Source: Candidatus Udaeobacter sp. (GTDB lineage Bacteria; Verrucomicrobiota; Verrucomicrobiia; Chthoniobacterales; UBA10450). From it: a stretch of 38,001 nt of DNA. How positions within the stretch are numbered: position 1 is the stretch's first letter; every line of letters begins with the position of its first letter. The stretch spans positions 1-38,001 of the forward strand of contig DASYSX010000039.1 in assembly GCA_036002955.1 (NCBI GenBank), in the 5' to 3' direction. The notes under the pieces are model-generated. The model had not been told where the DNA came from. It saw nothing but the letters and a program-made list of their open reading frames with translations, and did no database searches. Made by a program: the position numbers and the translations under genes. Of the stretch, positions 32,289 to 38,001 are shown one piece after another.

Positions 32289-35138
32289 ATGCAACCCTCC
32301 TCGCAGCAGCTTGTGACCTGTCCGACCTGTGGCGCTGCGCTCGAGGAAACGTTCGGCGGCGGAGGCGGCTGCATGTTTTGTCTCTTGCAGGCTGGAATTG
32401 GCAGCGAAGAGGAGACGGTGCAGGATTCAACCCCGGGCCCTCTCGGGGGCAGCACGCGCTTTGGCGTGTATGAAATCGATTGCCACGCGGACGGAAGTTT
32501 TTGCGAGCTTGGCCGCGGTGCGATGGGCGTCACTTATCGCGCCACCGACACATCGCTCCAGCGCCAGGTCGCCTTAAAGATCATTAAAACTTACATCGCG
32601 GAGCGGAGCACCGATGCCCGCGAACGCTTTGTCCGCGAAGCGCGCGCGGCCGCAGCATTGCGACACGAACACATCGCCACGGTCTACCAATTCGGAATGC
32701 GTCTTGAGACTGGGCAATATTATTACGCGATGGAATTAATCGAGGGCGAGACCCTTGACGATCGCGTTCACCGCGCCGGGCCACTCGATGCGCGTTCCAC
32801 CATCGGGATTGCACAGCAAGTCGCCTCGGCCCTGGCCGCCGCAGAAAAACATGGGTTAGTCCACCGCGATCTAAAGCCGGCAAACCTGATGCTGGTAAAT
32901 GCGGACGACGCCGAAGTGATGGGGAGCGATCAAGCCCGGTCCAAGCGAAGTAGAATACGGGCGCTCCGCAAGAGCGGTATTCCGGTTGTAAAAATAATCG
33001 ATTTTGGTTTGGCCAAAGCTTTTCACACCGCGGCGGATCCGAAATCGCTAACCCATGACAAATTTGTCGGTACACCCGCATTCGCCAGTCCGGAACAAAT
33101 CGATCATTCGGCGCTCGATGTGCGCTCCGACATTTACTCGTTAGGCGAAACGCTCTGGTTCGCGCTTACGGGAAAAGCGCCATTTGCAGGCCGTACGCTA
33201 GGCGAAATCCACCGCGCTCAAAAATCAAATGTGCTTCCAGTGGAACAACTCAAAGCAGCGCATGTTCCACATCGCCTGAAATCGCTGCTTGAATCGATGC
33301 TTGCATTCGAACCTGTGTCCCGGCCTGGCACTCGAGAGTTAGCAGCGCGCCTGCAACGTTCTTCCCCAGAGGCACGCAGCGTGCGACGCGCCCGCGAAGC
33401 TCTGGCAGCCGCAGCCGTCGTGGTTGTGGGCGTCTTCGCGTTCCTTTTGCTGCGACCACCCCCAGTTTCGAAATTTGTGGCGCCGCAAAAAAGCATTGCA
33501 GTGCTTCCCTTTGAAAATCGCAGCGAAGACAAAGCAAATGCGTACTTTGCCGATGGTATCCAGGACGAGATTCTGACCCGCTTATCCAGGATCGCTAATC
33601 TCAAGGTAATCTCCCGCACATCGACGCATCAGTATAAGAGCGCACACGACAACTTGCCCGAGATCGCGAAGCAACTTGGCGTAGCGCACATTTTAGAAGG
33701 AAGTGTACAAAAGAGTGGCGACTCCGTTCGGGTGAACGTTCAGCTGATTAACGCAGCCACTGATTCCCATATGTGGGCTGACACGTTTGATCGCAAACTA
33801 ACTGACATTCTTTCGGTGGAAAGTGAAGTCGCCATGGCCATCGCCGAGCAATTACGGGCAACGCTAACAGGCCAGGAAGCGCAAGTAATCGCCAGAAAAT
33901 CAACAAACAATCCGCAGGCATATGACGCTTACCTACGTGGTCTGGCTTACACCTTAAAGACAGAAGATACCCCCGCCCAATATTTGGCCGCACAGAAATA
34001 CCTCAGAGAAGCGGTTGGCTTGGATCCCAAATTCGCTCTCGCTTGGGCGCTCCTGTCCTACACGGATGCGGCTGGTTATCAATTAAGGGTTCTTCAACCA
34101 ACCGATGCTCTGCGTGAAGAGGCACGGCATGCGGCTGAAACTGCACTCTATCTTCAACCGGACCTTGGCGAAGCGCTCATGGCCAATGGCTATTATCATT
34201 ATGCCTGCTTAAGAGACTACGACGCTGCGAAGAATTACTTAGAAAAGGCCCGTCAACTCCTGCCCAATAACAGCCAGGTTGTTGAGTCATTAGCTTACGT
34301 CGCGCGCAGGCGTAGCCAATGGGACTTAAGCGAGACTTACTTCAATGAAGCGGAGTTGCTCAATGCACGCGATCCTAACCTCCTTACACAACATGCGATC
34401 TCATATATCGCTCTCCGTCGCTTTCCGCAGGCGATGCAGAAGCTTGACCAGGCTCTGAATATTACACCAGACGAAGTCGGCATTCTCGCACTTGAAGCAG
34501 CTATCGCACAGGCAGAAGGCGATCTGCCGCGAGCTGCTGCGCTCCTTAAACTACCGAATCCAAACGCTGATGATTCCGGCGCTTTGGGACAGCGAATGTA
34601 TCAGGCCATCCTGGAGCGCAACCCAGCACAAATCATTCCGCGCGTTGAGCAAGAACTAGCGAAGCTTGATCCAACGTCAGGTTACCAGGCTGGCGGACTG
34701 CGCTTCTGGTTGGGTTGGTTGCAGGAACTCGCTGGCAATCATGCCGCTGCCCAGGAAAACTGGCGGCAGGCGCGAATGGAACTCGAGTCGTTCTTTAAAG
34801 AGCAGCCGGGAAACTCGAAACTCATTGGATTACTTGCACTAACGAATATGGGCCTCGGAGACAAAACTGCTGCCTTTGCTTTATTGGAACGAGCGATGGC
34901 CGCTTTGCCTGTCGAGAAGGACGCATTCGATGGTGCTGTTTTAATTGAGACTCTTGCCCAGGTTGCCGCGCGCATGGGCGAGGCCGACCGCGCTATCTCG
35001 GCTTTACGCAGAGCCATTTCGCTCCCTTCCCGAACAAACCCTCCTTTCACTCCTGCGGTGCTCCGTCTCGATCCCATGTTCGATCGATTGCGCGGCGACC
35101 CGCGATTTGAAGAACTATGCAAGGATAAGCAGAGGTAA
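32289..35138 (+). CDS. Ser/Thr protein kinase with N-terminal CxxC..CxxC zinc ribbon, one TM helix and an extracytoplasmic TolB-like + TPR sensor region
   Basis: CPTCGAALEE...CMFCL; kinase motifs GRGAMGVTY, ALK, HRDLKPANLML, DFGLAK, GTPAFASPEQ; TM LAAAAVVVVGVFAFLLL; then SIAVLPFENRSEDKANAYFADGIQDEILTRLSRIANLKVISRTS, followed by ~480 aa of TPR-like helices. Confidence 0.9.
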   Translation: MQPSSQQLVTCPTCGAALEETFGGGGGCMFCLLQAGIGSEEETVQDSTPGPLGGSTRFGVYEIDCHADGSFCELGRGAMGVTYRATDTSLQRQVALKIIKTYIAERSTDARERFVREARAAAALRHEHIATVYQFGMRLETGQYYYAMELIEGETLDDRVHRAGPLDARSTIGIAQQVASALAAAEKHGLVHRDLKPANLMLVNADDAEVMGSDQARSKRSRIRALRKSGIPVVKIIDFGLAKAFHTAADPKSLTHDKFVGTPAFASPEQIDHSALDVRSDIYSLGETLWFALTGKAPFAGRTLGEIHRAQKSNVLPVEQLKAAHVPHRLKSLLESMLAFEPVSRPGTRELAARLQRSSPEARSVRRAREALAAAAVVVVGVFAFLLLRPPPVSKFVAPQKSIAVLPFENRSEDKANAYFADGIQDEILTRLSRIANLKVISRTSTHQYKSAHDNLPEIAKQLGVAHILEGSVQKSGDSVRVNVQLINAATDSHMWADTFDRKLTDILSVESEVAMAIAEQLRATLTGQEAQVIARKSTNNPQAYDAYLRGLAYTLKTEDTPAQYLAAQKYLREAVGLDPKFALAWALLSYTDAAGYQLRVLQPTDALREEARHAAETALYLQPDLGEALMANGYYHYACLRDYDAAKNYLEKARQLLPNNSQVVESLAYVARRRSQWDLSETYFNEAELLNARDPNLLTQHAISYIALRRFPQAMQKLDQALNITPDEVGILALEAAIAQAEGDLPRAAALLKLPNPNADDSGALGQRMYQAILERNPAQIIPRVEQELAKLDPTSGYQAGGLRFWLGWLQELAGNHAAAQENWRQARMELESFFKEQPGNSKLIGLLALTNMGLGDKTAAFALLERAMAALPVEKDAFDGAVLIETLAQVAARMGEADRAISALRRAISLPSRTNPPFTPAVLRLDPMFDRLRGDPRFEELCKDKQR

Positions 35139-35230
35139 CCAGACCAACGTCTCCGGCTTTAGGCTTGGTGAAGGCCCAAGACTTTGATACCAGGAGATTC
35201 AGCTAACAAACCAACAACACGTACTCCACA

Positions 35231-35515
35231 ATGAACACCCCTAAACCAAAAACAAAAACAACAACATCATCATCCTTATCTTTTACCGGCACATCCACTG
35301 ACGGTAATCTAATAGAAGCACTTAAAGATGCGCTCAAAAAAGCGGCTGAGGCAGCACCAGAGGCACCATGGAAAATCGAAGAGATCCGTGGAAATCGATT
35401 TAAGTTGGGCCTAATAGCTGTCACGATTCACCTAAACCCCGGTCCAGGCGAAGGAGTACCAGGTAAAGACCCTAAAATCCCGCCGCCGCCGCCGCCGCCC
35501 CCCCCGAATCTCTGA
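35231..35515 (+). CDS. Dodecin-like small protein with Lys/Thr/Ser-rich N-tail and Gly/Pro tail ending in nine consecutive prolines
   Basis: The core LSFTGTSTDGNLIEALKDALKKAAEAAPEAPWKIEEIRGNRFKLGLIAVTIHL lines up with remembered dodecins (M. tuberculosis IEIVGTSPDGVDAAIQGGLARAAQTMRALDWFEVQSIRGHL...; Halobacterium LTGTSEESF...VVWAEVV). The tail is PGPGEGVPGKDPKI + P9 + NL. No SD. Confidence 0.5.
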   Translation: MNTPKPKTKTTTSSSLSFTGTSTDGNLIEALKDALKKAAEAAPEAPWKIEEIRGNRFKLGLIAVTIHLNPGPGEGVPGKDPKIPPPPPPPPPNL

Positions 35516-35973
35516 CATAAACCAGTCGATTGGTGCGGATGAGAACGTTTCTCATCGTGTGCGTGGGCGCGAGCAAAACCACACGCTTCGTTTTACCTGC
35601 CTGAGTTGGCAGAGATTCGGTTCAATCCAGGCAAACCGAAGGGCCATAAGCGGCTTGGCTCGCAGGCGGAACCTGCAAAACGGGCACGACGCTAACGTGC
35701 CTGACTCCACAAGTGCGGTCCAGTTGGACTAACAACTTTAGGCGCACTAGAAAAGCTTGACGCGCAAAAGGAAAAAGCGCAAAAAGACTAAAGAATCCCC
35801 TACCCCGACCTCGCCTCCAAGTCATGAGCGTTCTTACGTATTCAATTGGCGCTACTTTGCTCGTTTACAAGGTGATATGGGAAGCCGACGTACCTCTAAC
35901 TGCCGTGCGGTAATGCGATGCCGTATCAAATAGCCAACAAAAAGAACTGCATTAAAAAAATGAAAGGACCTAA

Positions 35974-37737
35974 ATGTGCGCTCAAAAGAAAACTCGGGGG
36001 CCAACATCTGCTGACGAATCGGAGAAGCAGGCAGCGCGAAAGCTTCGCCCAAAAGGCTATAAGTCGAGCAATGGACTGCGGAACTTTTCAATCCACCTTT
36101 TCGACAAGAGCGACGCCGCGATTTTAGCTAAATTAGCTGAAGAGCGTGCTGCCTTTCCCGCATTCTCATTGGCGGGTCCCGAAAACGTTGCGCAATTGGA
36201 TCCCGAAACAGTAGCGAAATGGTATCTTGCGCAGGCGCTCCAAAGCCCGACGGTGCCGTCCTTCACAGCTCCCAAACCAGAGGCCATCCCGGGCGCGTTC
36301 AAAAGTCTCGGAACAGAGACCGTTCCCTTAACTGGCACTAGAACAGTCAAGTTTCGCCAGACGCTTGGACAGATCCCTGTCTATGGCTCACTCGTCACCG
36401 TGGAGTTGGATCGGGCGAACAATCTTGTGAGCCTCAACTCGTCCATCGGTGACCTTGAAGGCGTGGGCTGCGTGGCAAAAATTGCGGCAGCAGATGCTGT
36501 CAAAGCCGTTGAAAAATATCCCGGCTTCCAAAAGCAACTCAGCAATATCGTGCCGCAATTGATGTATTATTTTGACAAAGGCGCGTCGAAGTGGCGGCTC
36601 GTTTTTTTCCTCGAAGACGTGCCGATTGCTTCAGAGGAACCCCGCGATCAAACGAAGCCCGCACCACAATACATGGATTACGTTGTGGACGCAGACACGG
36701 GAGAGGTGGTCGCACAACTGCCGCGGACTTCCAGCATGGCCGCAACGCTAGAACACGCAATCGATGGACGAAAACAATCGCGACCGATCAAAGTAGAAAT
36801 TAGTGGGGCGATAAGAATTCTCCAAGATACCTCAGTAAATGTGCAAACATTTGATTTCGGATTTGATGATCCGGCAGTTAACAGCGAACGCCTCCCGGGG
36901 AAAGTCATTGATCGCCCACCCGCGCCATGGCCACCTTCAGCCGTTAGCGCACACGCGAATGCCGTCGTGGTGGCAGAATTTCTTAGAAATGTCTTAGGCC
37001 GTAACAACATCGATAACAAAGGCGGTCCCATAAATTCCAGCATCAACTGTGTAGTTTCCGCTGAGAGCCCTGACAAGAAGCAATGGTGCAACTCCTTGTG
37101 GAGCCCCGATAAGAAAGTGGCGGTCTTCGGGCAGCGCTTGGATGACGACGGCAGTTTGATGTCTCGTTCGGTGAATCTCGACGTCGTCGGCCACGAGATA
37201 TTCCACGGAGTGACCGCTTCCACGGCAAGACTAGAGTACGCGGGCGAATCCGGAGCTTTAAACGAGTCCTATTCCGATATTTTTGGCGTCGTTATCTCAA
37301 ATTTTGATAATCCCAACACGCGCACATGGAATTGGAAGTTGGGCGAAGGTCTCAACCCGGAGGGGAAGCCGGACCGCGATATGGAGGACCCTACTCGATT
37401 CGGACAGCCAGCCCACATGCAAGATTTCGTACAGTTATCCCTCAAAGACGATTGGGGTGGGGTCCACACTAACAGCGGGATCCACAATAAGGCTGCGTTT
37501 CATATCTTAACCAGTGTAGATAGTGCAGGCGAGTTGATATTCAAACCTAAAGAAGTCGCGGCGATGTTCTACGCGGCATTGACACAGCACCTTTCACGCA
37601 CTTCACAGTTTTCGGACAGTCGCCGATATGCTATTAACAGCGCTCTCAGCCTCTTCGGAACACTTCCGCCCGGTCAACTGGCGGCGAAGGTGAACGCTAT
37701 AAAGAAAAGCTTTTCTGCAGTAGGTATCTCTGAATAG
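35974..37737 (+). CDS. M4 (thermolysin-family) zinc metallopeptidase with propeptide-like N-region but no recognisable signal peptide
   Basis: VVGHEIFHGVT (HExxH), GALNESYSDIFG (third zinc ligand Glu), and GGVHTNSGIHNKAAF (catalytic His). The N-terminus MCAQKKTRGPTSADESEKQAARKLRPKG is basic and hydrophilic with no hydrophobic core. Confidence 0.9.
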   Translation: MCAQKKTRGPTSADESEKQAARKLRPKGYKSSNGLRNFSIHLFDKSDAAILAKLAEERAAFPAFSLAGPENVAQLDPETVAKWYLAQALQSPTVPSFTAPKPEAIPGAFKSLGTETVPLTGTRTVKFRQTLGQIPVYGSLVTVELDRANNLVSLNSSIGDLEGVGCVAKIAAADAVKAVEKYPGFQKQLSNIVPQLMYYFDKGASKWRLVFFLEDVPIASEEPRDQTKPAPQYMDYVVDADTGEVVAQLPRTSSMAATLEHAIDGRKQSRPIKVEISGAIRILQDTSVNVQTFDFGFDDPAVNSERLPGKVIDRPPAPWPPSAVSAHANAVVVAEFLRNVLGRNNIDNKGGPINSSINCVVSAESPDKKQWCNSLWSPDKKVAVFGQRLDDDGSLMSRSVNLDVVGHEIFHGVTASTARLEYAGESGALNESYSDIFGVVISNFDNPNTRTWNWKLGEGLNPEGKPDRDMEDPTRFGQPAHMQDFVQLSLKDDWGGVHTNSGIHNKAAFHILTSVDSAGELIFKPKEVAAMFYAALTQHLSRTSQFSDSRRYAINSALSLFGTLPPGQLAAKVNAIKKSFSAVGISE

Positions 37738-38001
37738 ATTCGGAATGACCGTTAGTGTTGCGTCGGTCGCAGCCTTGTAAACGAAACCCGGGATTGGTGG
37801 GCTGCGGAACAGTGACCCAACGTCTCAGTTTCGGCTGAGCTTTTGGCACAATCCTCGAATTTCGCGGAAGCGTCCTGCACCTGGTCCCATACGACCAATC
37901 GTGGCCGGTCGTCGGCGCTAAAAATTCAGAAATCTTTTTGCAACGCCGGCTCATAGTTTCCGAAGGAACAGGTAAATGAACGATCCGATCCGAAATGAAC
38001 C

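Noticed and set aside
35595-35635. tRNA-like fragment (gagttggcagag ... ggttcaatcc)
   Set aside because: The D-loop-like and T-loop-like strings are adjacent, but the flanking bases do not form D or T stems, and there is no anticodon arm or acceptor stem.
35622-36091. Minus-strand ORFs 35622-35825 and 35852-36091
   Set aside because: They have no motifs or RBS, the second overlaps the M4 protease start region, and their compositions look non-coding. I cannot fully exclude a small gene in the 458-nt gap.
37976-38001. Possible start of a further plus-strand gene (ATG 37976, MNDPIRNE...)
   Set aside because: Only 26 nt are inside the window, which is too little to support a call.

Overview
This is a 38-kb, gene-dense chromosomal segment of moderately high GC (judged by eye). 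I could not recognise any rRNA, tRNA, CRISPR array, transposase or integrase. About 1-30 kb is housekeeping. In order it holds a partial TonB-dependent receptor; a fused MFS/spermidine-synthase-like protein with nhaA; ribE, aroD and a Lon-N-domain protein; dgt; an O-methyltransferase; a DUF1232 protein; a DUF6580-like membrane protein with pdhA-pdhB-pdhC; rpsT; an L,D-transpeptidase with a processive GT2; a hybrid histidine kinase; an HU/IHF protein; RNase HIII; mutY; a YbiR-type permease; yicC; gmk-coaC-coaB; an inositol monophosphatase; and ispF-cysS. RNase HIII, scarce Shine-Dalgarno sites, an ECF sigma paired with a Ser/Thr kinase, and characteristic palindromic mini-repeats suggest a soil PVC/Verrucomicrobiota-like or Acidobacteria-like organism. 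That is inference only, with no database search. About 30-38 kb looks accessory. It holds an orphan sulfotransferase, then an ECF-type sigma factor separated from its presumed partner Ser/Thr kinase (zinc ribbon, TM, TPR sensor) by an 845-nt spacer. The spacer contains four short ORFs arranged as two ATGA-overlapping pairs, each with a purine-rich ribosome-binding site. After the kinase come a dodecin-like protein with a nine-proline tail and an M4 (thermolysin-family) metalloprotease without a signal peptide. The second notable theme is at least three families of dispersed palindromic mini-elements. One of them (GGTAGGG...CCCTACC) is read in frame inside cysS and supplies the C-terminal tail of ispF. 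Smaller items are a coaBC gene split at the domain junction by a GTGA overlap, and a 17-codon (AKKKx)3 ORF bracketed by a strong RBS and a textbook intrinsic terminator. All functional calls rest on motif recognition from the supplied translations, and nothing was searched or computed.
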